Shown one piece after another: positions 8,182 to 15,649 of a DNA stretch of 32,000 bases. Location: positions 630,001-662,000 of the forward strand of contig CALSTM010000003.1 in assembly GCA_943789275.1 (NCBI GenBank). Reading direction: 5' to 3'. The notes beneath the pieces were generated by a model. The model ran no database searches. It was not told the DNA's origin and saw nothing but the letters and a program-made list of their open reading frames with translations. This stretch comes from Candidatus Poseidoniaceae archaeon. GTDB taxonomy: Archaea; Thermoplasmatota; Poseidoniia; Poseidoniales; Poseidoniaceae. The position numbers were made by a program, and so were the translations under genes. The stretch's first letter is position 1, and the number at the start of each line of letters is the position of its first letter.

Positions 8182-9135
8182 ATGGGCAGTGTAGGCGACC
8201 TTTACCACCACTTCTTAGAAGCCGTAGACCAAGCGGCAATTTCCAGTGCAGCATGGCGCGGTCTTGGTGAAAAAGAAAAGGCTGATGAAGCCGCTGTTGA
8301 AGCCATGCGCCGTACCTTTGACCGCGTACCTTTTGACGGACGCGTCGCCATTGGTGAAGGCGAACGGGACGAAGCGCCCATGCTCTACATTGGGGAAGAA
8401 ATCGGCAGCATGGTTGGCGTTGCTGGCGCTCCTCAGATTGACATCGCCGTTGATCCGCTTGAATGCACCAACAACTGTGCTTCCAATTCTCCGAACTCGA
8501 TTGCAGTACTTGCTGCAGCACCTCGTGGAACGCTTCTTCACGCCCCTGATTGTTACATGGACAAGATTGCCGGTGGCCCGGAACTCGTCGGTCACATCAG
8601 CCTTGACGGTGGGGTTGCTTACAATCTTGAACAAACTGCTGCGGCTTTGGACAAAGCAGTCTCCGATGTTCGAGTTGTTGCACTTGACCGTGAGCGTCAT
8701 TCGCAATTGTTCAAAGAAATCCGTGCCAGCGGTGCTCAATTGGAACTGATGGGAGATGGAGATGTCTCTGGCGCAATTTGGGCGGCTCGCTCAGACGGTC
8801 CATTCGATTTACTCATGGGGATTGGTGCTGCGCCAGAGGGCGTCATATCAGCCGCCGCCATTCGTGGCTTGGGGGGCGTCTTTGAAGGGCGTCTTGTTTT
8901 CCGCTCCGATGAAGAAGAAGCCCGTGCCGGAAACATGGTTGGTGACGATTTGACACGGCTATGGGAAGCGCACGACTTGTGCAAGAGTGAAAACGCCATC
9001 TTTGCCGCATCCGGTGTATGCGATGGATATCTACCGGCTGCAATACTTGGCAAGACTCACACGACAACTTTTGGTGAAGTCATCGATGTCGAGTCTGGAA
9101 CTGTTCGACGAATCGAGACCACTCGTAAAGTGTGA
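8182..9135 (+). CDS. glpX: Class II fructose-1,6-bisphosphatase (GlpX family)
   Basis: AAWRGLGEKEKADEAAVEAMRRTFDRVPFDGRVAIGEGERDEAPMLYIGEEIG and DPLECTNN, GDGDVSGAI, GIGAAPEGVISAAAIR are hallmark GlpX blocks. Length is 317 aa. Confidence 0.9.
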   Translation: MGSVGDLYHHFLEAVDQAAISSAAWRGLGEKEKADEAAVEAMRRTFDRVPFDGRVAIGEGERDEAPMLYIGEEIGSMVGVAGAPQIDIAVDPLECTNNCASNSPNSIAVLAAAPRGTLLHAPDCYMDKIAGGPELVGHISLDGGVAYNLEQTAAALDKAVSDVRVVALDRERHSQLFKEIRASGAQLELMGDGDVSGAIWAARSDGPFDLLMGIGAAPEGVISAAAIRGLGGVFEGRLVFRSDEEEARAGNMVGDDLTRLWEAHDLCKSENAIFAASGVCDGYLPAAILGKTHTTTFGEVIDVESGTVRRIETTRKV

Positions 9136-9160
9136 TTCAGTTCTTCTCAACTGCGTTCAA

Positions 9161-9178
9161 CTTGCCTGTCCCGGCAAG
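9161..9178 (+). terminator. Inverted repeat (CTTGCC-N6-GGCAAG) 26 nt after the glpX stop; candidate transcript-end hairpin
   Basis: Seen directly: cttgcc tgtccc ggcaag. No oligo-T tract follows, so a terminator function is uncertain. Confidence 0.25.
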
Positions 9179-9209
9179 GAATGTTAAGCGTATACCACTC
9201 CGCTACACT

Positions 9210-9347
9210 ATGCAGCATCTCATGACCTCTCGCGATGGACGAAATTTAGACGTTCTGCTTGGAGGTAATCCAAACGCTTCAATGGCTCTTGTTTGCCACC
9301 ACGGCACCCCCAGCGTAAGAGTTCAGGTGCAACCGTTCTATTTCTGA
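9210..9347 (+). pseudogene. Possible remnant of the N-terminus of an alpha/beta-fold hydrolase
   Basis: MQHLMTSRDGRNLDVLLGGNPNASMALVCHHGTPS resembles the start of alpha/beta hydrolases (substrate-less strand, then HG.P oxyanion motif). The frame stops about 10 codons later, with no nucleophile-elbow or catalytic-triad region. Confidence 0.3.
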
Positions 9348-9577
9348 GGCACAGCATTCGGGTTTGCTTCAACGTTGTTGATCGGGGTGTCAACAGATTG
9401 GAGGTTGTAGAGTACCAATCCGAGTATGCCGCAAACTACCGGAGCAAAGAGCAACGGAACAAGGGCGGTCAATGCTTGGGTAACGGCAATCAGAGAGATG
9501 CCCAGTAATCCCAAGATGTATCCTACGATGTTGGTCGCAGAAAATAGTTTTCGTGTGTCTGACATAATTTTGTCCAT
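9338..9577 (-). CDS. Small two-TM membrane protein, unknown function
   Basis: From ATG 9577: MDKIMSDTRKLFSATNIVGYILGLLGISLIAVTQALTALVPLLFAPVVCGILGLVLYNL.... It has two hydrophobic helices and 79 aa. The upstream part of the 144-aa track ORF is not protein-like. Confidence 0.45.
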   Translation of the reverse strand: MDKIMSDTRKLFSATNIVGYILGLLGISLIAVTQALTALVPLLFAPVVCGILGLVLYNLQSVDTPINNVEANPNAVPQK

Positions 9578-9796
9578 GCATTGTACATCGTAAAGGGGGT
9601 ATATGAGGTCCTGTATTTTGAACGTGCCAAAATTGGAAGGTCTTTGAGCTTGGTTTATATTCGGTTTATTCCAGTCCAGTGCGGCGTTTTTGATGGTTTT
9701 GTACGTGCCTTCACTGCAACGGTTTACCACCAAACCATTACGATTCATTGGTTTTTGTTTCGTGAACTTCAAGTGCGTGGCTCCCTACAACCCATC

Positions 9797-10423
9797 ATGG
9801 CGGTTCAGCAAGTTCGCATCGAAGTTCGGTTGCCGGAAGGCCATTGGGCGGGGGATGTAACGCGCAGCCACCCTTCAGCAGTCTTGCGAATCGAGGAACA
9901 CATGCCCTTGCAGAAGGGAAGAGGGACGGCTCGTGCTTCATGCAGTGAGGAGATTACTGCTACGGTATCGGAACATTCTGGTATCGAAGAAGTCCGCAGT
10001 TTTGGGAAACAGAGTTTTGTGGTGGACATTATTGCAGGAGGTGGAGGTTTTCTCAAACCACTTCTCAAAGTCGGCGTAATCCCACATACACCGTTCGAGG
10101 TTCGGGACGGTTGGGTCGAATGGACCATTTCATGCGCTCGTGAAAAAGTGCGAGATTTGCTTTCTGGCTTTGATGATGAAGACATTCCCTACCAACTGGT
10201 TTCGACGCGTGGAGTCACCAATCGATTGCTCACACCTCGTCAACGCTATGTGTTTGATACGGCCATGAAGGAAGGGTACTACGATGTGCCACGACGTATC
10301 ACATTGACCGAGTTAGCCGTTGTCCTTGACGTTGCGAAATCCACTTTGTCTGCACAACTCCATCTCATCGAATCAACGGTACATCACGCCTTTGCTGATG
10401 ATATCCGTCGGCGTAGCCCCTAA
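9797..10423 (+). CDS. HTH_10 (bacterio-opsin-activator-type HTH) transcriptional regulator
   Basis: The C-terminus LTPRQRYVFDTAMKEGYYDVPRRITLTELAVVLDVAKSTLSAQLHLIESTV is the classic archaeal HTH_10 block (LT.RQ...L..A...GY...PR). The start ATG 9797 (MAVQQVRIEVRLPEGHW...) gives about 208 aa, typical for the family. Confidence 0.8.
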   Translation: MAVQQVRIEVRLPEGHWAGDVTRSHPSAVLRIEEHMPLQKGRGTARASCSEEITATVSEHSGIEEVRSFGKQSFVVDIIAGGGGFLKPLLKVGVIPHTPFEVRDGWVEWTISCAREKVRDLLSGFDDEDIPYQLVSTRGVTNRLLTPRQRYVFDTAMKEGYYDVPRRITLTELAVVLDVAKSTLSAQLHLIESTVHHAFADDIRRRSP

Positions 10424-10443
10424 CATGTTCGTACGAACATGTT
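10422..10443. promoter_or_regulatory. Perfect 22-bp palindrome AACATGTTCGTACGAACATGTT; candidate operator/activator site
   Basis: Read directly and verified self-complementary over all 22 nt. It overlaps the regulator stop codon (TAA 10421-10423), sits about 10 bp upstream of an AATAA TATA-like element (10453-10457) and ends 39 bp upstream of the ATG at 10482. Confidence 0.5.
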
Positions 10444-10481
10444 CGCAAAGGCAATAAGGTGGACCCACCCATCCTCTCACC

Positions 10482-11642
10482 ATGGACAACCTACCGAATA
10501 CATGGGAAGACTGGATTTCAAACTTTACCGAATGGCAAGACCGCGTCGGATTTGACCGCGATTGGATGGGTGACTTTGACCTCTCCATTCAGTTCGACTG
10601 GGACCGTGCTGGTGACCTCATCGAATACGGCGACTATGCAGGACGCCCAAAGTGGGAACGTTCGCTCCAAGTTCCTCAGCAAAGCATGCGCGACGCTCTT
10701 GTCAGTATGATTACCGTTCAGGGCGACACAGAATTCGCTTCCGTTGAACAACAACGTCACCTTCTCGCCTCCGCACCAACGGACTACGACCGCTATGCAG
10801 CTGCCAGGATCATGGCCGAAGAACAACGCCATGGATGGCAAATGGCTTACCTTTTGATGACCTACTTTGGACAACAAGGACGTCGCGAGGCACAAAAACT
10901 CCTCGAGCGCAACGCCCAAGACGGCGATCGATTGCTTGGTGCTTTCAACCGCCCAATGCCACACTGGCTCGATTTCTTCTGCTACACCATGTTTGTTGAC
11001 CGTGACGGTAAGTTCCAACTTGGCATGCTCTCAACATCCGCTTTCAAGCCTCTGGCTGCGTCCATGGGACCAATGCTCAAGGAAGAGTCGTTCCACCTTG
11101 GAACCGGCTCCAACGGATTGCGCCGAGTCATCAAGGCCGGTATTATCCCGCTCGACATGCTTCAGAAATTCTTCAACAAGTGGGTTTCAACCGCACATGA
11201 CTTGTTTGGTGTCGACGCATCATCTTCGGCTCACTGGTCGTATGTCTGGGGTGTTAAAGGACGCTGGGACGAGCGCAAGAAACTCGAAGCTGGTATTGAA
11301 GTGGACAAGGAAGTTCTCAATGAAGAAGCCCGAGGCCACTACCACGCAGAGATTGTTGCTGAAGTTGCTAAACTCAATGGATACCTTCCAGAAGGCAGCA
11401 CTCCGCTGATCGTTCCTCACGAAAACTTCAACCGTGACATTGGTGCATTCAAGCGTCAACGCTTCACCATCGAAGGTACGCCGTTCGAAGGCAGCGATGA
11501 AGAGTGGGACGCCTACATGGATTCGGCTCTTCCAAACGCATCGGACGAAGCACAACTCAAAGAATTTTTCAAGCAAGAATGGGTCGCTAACAAGCCGATG
11601 TCTGCTCGTCAAATCGCATCCGGTATCGGTGCCAAAGTTTGA
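10482..11642 (+). CDS. Class I diiron-carboxylate oxygenase, BoxB-like (benzoyl-CoA 2,3-epoxidase subunit B family) / PaaA-related
   Basis: Two E-x-x-H motifs (MAEEQRHG, LKEESFHLG) plus upstream carboxylates (QGDTEFASVEQQRHL, FVDRDGKFQL), spaced as in four-helix-bundle diiron proteins. The blocks QGDTE.ASVEQQRHL and DRDGKFQL match my recollection of BoxB. At 386 aa it is shorter than canonical BoxB (about 470 aa). Confidence 0.7.
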   Translation: MDNLPNTWEDWISNFTEWQDRVGFDRDWMGDFDLSIQFDWDRAGDLIEYGDYAGRPKWERSLQVPQQSMRDALVSMITVQGDTEFASVEQQRHLLASAPTDYDRYAAARIMAEEQRHGWQMAYLLMTYFGQQGRREAQKLLERNAQDGDRLLGAFNRPMPHWLDFFCYTMFVDRDGKFQLGMLSTSAFKPLAASMGPMLKEESFHLGTGSNGLRRVIKAGIIPLDMLQKFFNKWVSTAHDLFGVDASSSAHWSYVWGVKGRWDERKKLEAGIEVDKEVLNEEARGHYHAEIVAEVAKLNGYLPEGSTPLIVPHENFNRDIGAFKRQRFTIEGTPFEGSDEEWDAYMDSALPNASDEAQLKEFFKQEWVANKPMSARQIASGIGAKV

Positions 11643-11667
11643 GACCCGTACGCTCTGGAGGGTAACT

Positions 11668-12204
11668 ATGATTCCAGTCTCATTGTACGGTATCGACGTC
11701 GAAAAGTGCGAAGCGTTCTACGCAGCACTGCCCGGACTTGTGGCGGACACGGTCGACGATGAAAAGTACGCGAACGCTCTGTTTTCCATTGAAAGTGAAG
11801 CATCCCTTGAACACATCCGTGTCGCTGACCAATGGTCAGACAACGACCCTTTCGTTTGGCCTGAAGACATCTCGAACGAAGTAGAAATGACGCTTCGTAC
11901 CGTGAACTATCCTGACGTGTCCCTGCTGGAACACCTCTTAACCCTCGACAATGTGGACGCTGCTCGTGTTTCAACATGGATGCACTTCTCGACCAACTTG
12001 TTTCCTCTGTACACAGAGGCTGCTTGTGCCACTCTGACTCGAATGGGTGTTCCGACGCCCTATGACCCAACCGACATTGCCAGTTATGGGCTCTATGTTT
12101 CTCGCATTGAAGGCTTGAAACTTTACGCACCTGCGGCTGGTCTGCCTGAAATCGGCTTACCCCGTTCACGCATGCTCCAACTCGGATTGGAGCGGTTTTC
12201 ATGA
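11668..12204 (+). CDS. Acidic hypothetical protein (178 aa), co-operonic with the diiron oxygenase
   Basis: ATG 11668 is preceded by GGAGGG 8 nt upstream. Its stop overlaps the next gene's start (ATGA at 12201-12204). I recognise no motif. The ORF-track start at 11434 lies inside the upstream gene. Confidence 0.55.
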   Translation: MIPVSLYGIDVEKCEAFYAALPGLVADTVDDEKYANALFSIESEASLEHIRVADQWSDNDPFVWPEDISNEVEMTLRTVNYPDVSLLEHLLTLDNVDAARVSTWMHFSTNLFPLYTEAACATLTRMGVPTPYDPTDIASYGLYVSRIEGLKLYAPAAGLPEIGLPRSRMLQLGLERFS

Positions 12205-13121
12205 AGAACCTCTTGGTTCACATGAAATTAATATTTGTCGTCATCGTTTGGGGTTTTGGCTGGCCTGCTGGTCGTGTGATTGCACAAGACATTGCCCCGT
12301 TTGCAGCCTCATGGATTCGTTACGTCGTCGCTGTCGCTTTGTTTGTGATTTACCTCAAACTCTCCAGTCAGTGGATGATTCCTACTCGAGGTGAATGGAA
12401 AAGAATTGCTTGGATCGGTTTTTTTGCAACCTGTCTGTATCAGGCCTTCTTCATGGTTGGAATGAAATACACCGCAGCCGGCGACGCATCTTTGATGATT
12501 ACCTTCAATCCCTTTTTCACTGCCGTTCTTGCCATTTTCTTCCTCAATGAAGCGATGCACTGGCGACTCGGTGCGGGTATTGCTCTGGGTCTAGCAGGTG
12601 TAACCGTTCTCTTTCTCTACTCACCAAACGTCGACATTCCGTTCTATGAACGGGCACTTGGTGATGTTCTCATCGCAGGTGCTGCCTTTGCGTGGGCTTG
12701 CAACTCCATCCAAATGAAAATTGCAATGACAGAACCGGCCGTAGATTCGGACCGTTGTCTCTCTCCGTTGCAGCTCACCGTCTGGTCCTCTGTGATTGGC
12801 CTGGTGATGTTGACTCCAATCGCAGCAGTTGAAACTGCAGTTATGGGGATTCCTGAACCGTCGTTTGATGGTTGGGTTGCCATTCTATTCCTTGCCATCT
12901 TCTCGACCGTTGTTTCGTACGTTTGGTTTGCTGACGGTATACTTACCATCGGGGCAGGTAAAAGTGCCTTGTACGTCTATCTTGTACCCATCTTCGGCAT
13001 TTACAGCGGCTATTTACTGCTTGACGAGAAACTCGGTGCTTCGCTTCTGGTTGCCTTCGTGTTGATTGTCGGCGGTGTTGCGCTTGCCCAAAGCAAGCAA
13101 CACGCTGTCAAGGAAGCATGA
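12201..13121 (+). CDS. EamA/DMT-superfamily transporter (10 TM)
   Basis: Two EamA-like repeats in a 306-aa polytopic protein with a typical VIWGFGWPAGRV start. It is translationally coupled to the upstream ORF. Confidence 0.85.
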   Translation: MKNLLVHMKLIFVVIVWGFGWPAGRVIAQDIAPFAASWIRYVVAVALFVIYLKLSSQWMIPTRGEWKRIAWIGFFATCLYQAFFMVGMKYTAAGDASLMITFNPFFTAVLAIFFLNEAMHWRLGAGIALGLAGVTVLFLYSPNVDIPFYERALGDVLIAGAAFAWACNSIQMKIAMTEPAVDSDRCLSPLQLTVWSSVIGLVMLTPIAAVETAVMGIPEPSFDGWVAILFLAIFSTVVSYVWFADGILTIGAGKSALYVYLVPIFGIYSGYLLLDEKLGASLLVAFVLIVGGVALAQSKQHAVKEA

Positions 13122-13146
13122 TGAAGTCCGGCCTGTTGGGTCACGC

Positions 13147-14034
13147 ATGGAGATTCGTTGCGTAGCGGTTATCGGCGCAGGAACAATGGGTGCTGGAATT
13201 GCACAAGTTTGTGCTCAAAGCGGTTGGAAAACGAACCTGTTTGACGCCTTTCCGGAAGGGTTGGAGCGAGGTATGGCTCGAATTGATGCATTTTGGGACA
13301 AGGGAATCGCTCGAGGTAAGACGACTCTTGAGCAAAAGGAGTCGTGGAGTGCGAACCTCCACGCTGTATCGAACATGGCTGAGGCAGTAGCGCAGGCAGA
13401 CATGATCATCGAAGCAGTTCCAGAAATACCGGACTTGAAACACTCCATTTTTGCCGAATTGGACAAACTTGCTCAACCTCATGCCATACTTGGTACAAAC
13501 ACTTCATCGCTCTCCATTGCAGATATTGCGGCAGCGACTTCTCGCCCTGAAAGCGTCATTGGTATGCATTTCTTTAATCCAGTTCCAATCATGAAGTTGC
13601 TCGAACTCGTTCGACATGATTCGACCAGTGAACATACAGTTGCAGTTGCTCAAGCAGCCGGTGCTGCAATGGGTAAAACGACAATTCTTGTCAAAGACAT
13701 CCCAGGGTTTGCGACCAGTCGACTTGGCGTTGTTCTTGGAAACGAAGCCATCCGTATGCTGGCCGATGGTGTTGCGAGTGCCAAAGACATTGACACTGCA
13801 ATGGTACTCGGCTACAAACATCCAATGGGACCGTTGGCCCTAACCGATTTGGTTGGTCTTGATGTGCGCCGTGATATTCTCAAGAATTTACAAACCTCGT
13901 TCAACGATGATGCCTATGCACCCCATCCGATGTTGGAAAAACTCGTCGCCTCAGGCCGTTTGGGTAAGAAATCCGGTAAGGGGATCTACGATTGGTCCAC
14001 CGGCGAGGCAGTTGAGACTGAGCTACCTGAATGA
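13147..14034 (+). CDS. 3-hydroxyacyl-CoA (3-hydroxybutyryl-CoA) dehydrogenase
   Basis: VAVIGAGTMGAGIAQV Rossmann motif, TNTSSLSI, IGMHFFNPVPIMKLLELV, and C-terminal GRLGKKSGKGIYDW. I chose start ATG 13147 (MEIRCVAVIGAG). Confidence 0.9.
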   Translation: MEIRCVAVIGAGTMGAGIAQVCAQSGWKTNLFDAFPEGLERGMARIDAFWDKGIARGKTTLEQKESWSANLHAVSNMAEAVAQADMIIEAVPEIPDLKHSIFAELDKLAQPHAILGTNTSSLSIADIAAATSRPESVIGMHFFNPVPIMKLLELVRHDSTSEHTVAVAQAAGAAMGKTTILVKDIPGFATSRLGVVLGNEAIRMLADGVASAKDIDTAMVLGYKHPMGPLALTDLVGLDVRRDILKNLQTSFNDDAYAPHPMLEKLVASGRLGKKSGKGIYDWSTGEAVETELPE

Positions 14035-14855
14035 TTCAGTTCATAGCCGCAGTGTTTGCAATGTTTTGCGTTTGAGTCGTGGCCTTCTTTGGAACACTGC
14101 ATGCAAGCACGAGTGCTGAAATCTCCAGCCTTGATGAGTTCGGTTGAGATAATTCCTGTCGGGACGATGATGAGGCTGTATCCCATGATCATAATGAATA
14201 TCGCCAGCACTTTGCCAACTGGAGTCAACGGGACGGTATCTCCGTATCCGGTACTCGTCAAGGTTACAATCGCCCAATAGACGCTTTGGGGAATGGAAGT
14301 GAATCCGTTTTCAGGCCCTTCAAACAGGTACATGCCGGCACCGGTAATAAAACTGAGAATGGTGACCGTGGTCAAGAAGACAATAATTCTTGAACGTGAT
14401 TCGAGAATTGCAGCACCGAGTATCGATGCTTCGCCGACGTATCGGGTGAGTTTGAACACTCGAAAAACTCGGAGCAGACGCAGTGCACGGATGATGAGAA
14501 GGCTTTGAGCTCCGGGGATGAAAAAGCTCAGGTAGGTTGGAAGAATTGCCAAAAGGTCCACTATTCCGAAGAACGAGGTTGCGTACTCTATCGAATGGCG
14601 AGTGATGTAGAGGCGCGTGAAGTATTCAATGGTGAACAAGATGGTGAAAAACCATTCAGCAAAAACCAATTCTGTGTGGTACTGTGAATTGATGCTGTCC
14701 ACACTTTCAAGCGAGACCGCGATAATCGAGCCAATAATGGATACGAGTAATGCTGCATCAAAGTAGGTGCCGTACTTGGTATCGGCTTCAAATATGATTT
14801 CGTGCATTTTTTCCCGAAACGATTTTTCTTCTACCGTTTCAGACACGAACTTCAC
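13986..14855 (-). CDS. Voltage-gated K+ channel (6TM, KvAP-like) with C-terminal zinc-ribbon tail
   Basis: S4 voltage sensor IIRALRLLRVFRVFKLTRYV, K+ selectivity filter TLTSTGYGD, and C-terminal CMQCSKEGHDSNAKHCKHCGYEL (C-x2-C...C-x2-C). GTG start 14855 overlaps the upstream stop (GTGA). ATG at codon 17 is an alternative. Confidence 0.85.
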   Translation of the reverse strand: MKFVSETVEEKSFREKMHEIIFEADTKYGTYFDAALLVSIIGSIIAVSLESVDSINSQYHTELVFAEWFFTILFTIEYFTRLYITRHSIEYATSFFGIVDLLAILPTYLSFFIPGAQSLLIIRALRLLRVFRVFKLTRYVGEASILGAAILESRSRIIVFLTTVTILSFITGAGMYLFEGPENGFTSIPQSVYWAIVTLTSTGYGDTVPLTPVGKVLAIFIMIMGYSLIIVPTGIISTELIKAGDFSTRACMQCSKEGHDSNAKHCKHCGYELNHSGSSVSTASPVDQS

Positions 14856-15640
14856 TCCTTGTGAAACACTGGCTTACGCTTGTCAAGAAAGGCAGTCACG
14901 CCTTCTTTGAACGCTTCAGTCGTTCCTGCTGCCTCGATGAGGGTGCGTTCATGGTTGAGGTGGGATTCGAAATCCTGTGACGATTGGACATGAAGTAAAT
15001 GCTTGGTTGCTTCTTTGGTGTGTTCGCCCCATTGACTCCATCGAGCAGCCATAGAACACGCTGCGTCAACGAGTCTGTCTGCATCAACAAGAGCATCTGC
15101 TGCACCAACGGCTACGCATTGCTCTGCATTCCAAATTTCGTTTTCCAAAAAGAACCGTCGTGAGACCTGTTCGCCGACCAGCCGAGGAAGGAGCCATGTT
15201 GTCCCACCATCCGGTGAAAGTCCCATGCCAGCATAGGATGCAGCCATTTTCGCTTGAGGCGAGGCGATACGAGCGTCACACGCTAGAGCCAGTCCAAGGC
15301 CACCACCTGCACTTGCACCGTTGAGGGCTGCAATGGTGATGGTTGGTGATTGCCGCATTCGTATCAGCAGTGGGTGAAGGATTCCTGTAAGGTCACGAAT
15401 CAACTGAGGCGCTTCTTTGTCTTCAATCGATTGAGCGAAGGCATTGATGTCAGCACCTGCAGAGAAGAACTTCCCTTCTCCAGTAAGGACCAACGCTCGG
15501 ACGTTTGGGTGAGTGAGTCCAGCATCGATGGCTTGGACGATGTGCGGTAAGAATTCACGAGAAAACGACTGCGTTGCCGATGGACCAGAGAATTGAATGA
15601 GACGAATGCCGTTTTCCAAATCGGTAGATTCTATTGCCAT
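14852..15640 (-). CDS. Enoyl-CoA hydratase/isomerase (crotonase) family protein
   Basis: FFSAGADINAF and LNGASAGGGLGLALACDARIA motifs. Length is 262 aa. It starts 9 nt after the aldehyde dehydrogenase stop. Confidence 0.85.
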   Translation of the reverse strand: MAIESTDLENGIRLIQFSGPSATQSFSREFLPHIVQAIDAGLTHPNVRALVLTGEGKFFSAGADINAFAQSIEDKEAPQLIRDLTGILHPLLIRMRQSPTITIAALNGASAGGGLGLALACDARIASPQAKMAASYAGMGLSPDGGTTWLLPRLVGEQVSRRFFLENEIWNAEQCVAVGAADALVDADRLVDAACSMAARWSQWGEHTKEATKHLLHVQSSQDFESHLNHERTLIEAAGTTEAFKEGVTAFLDKRKPVFHKE

Positions 15641-15649
15641 TGTGATCCC

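Noticed and set aside
8215-8749. 174-aa (minus) and 167-aa (plus, alternate-frame) ORFs inside glpX
   Set aside because: The GlpX frame carries unmistakable family motifs. The overlapping frames have no recognisable features.
9578-9772. 65-codon N-terminal extension of the small membrane-protein ORF
   Set aside because: The extension covers the divergent promoter region of the HTH_10 gene and is hydrophilic low-information sequence. The ATG at 9577 gives a compact two-TM protein.
10518-11409. 166-aa minus-strand and 180-aa plus-strand ORFs overlapping the diiron oxygenase gene
   Set aside because: The oxygenase frame contains both E-x-x-H metal motifs. The alternatives are low-complexity (Ser/Thr/Leu-rich) and motif-free.
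13119-13125. ATGATGA resembling a C/D-box sRNA C box
   Set aside because: It sits at the EamA stop codon in a 25-nt intergenic gap. There is no room for guide and D-box elements before the next coding sequence.
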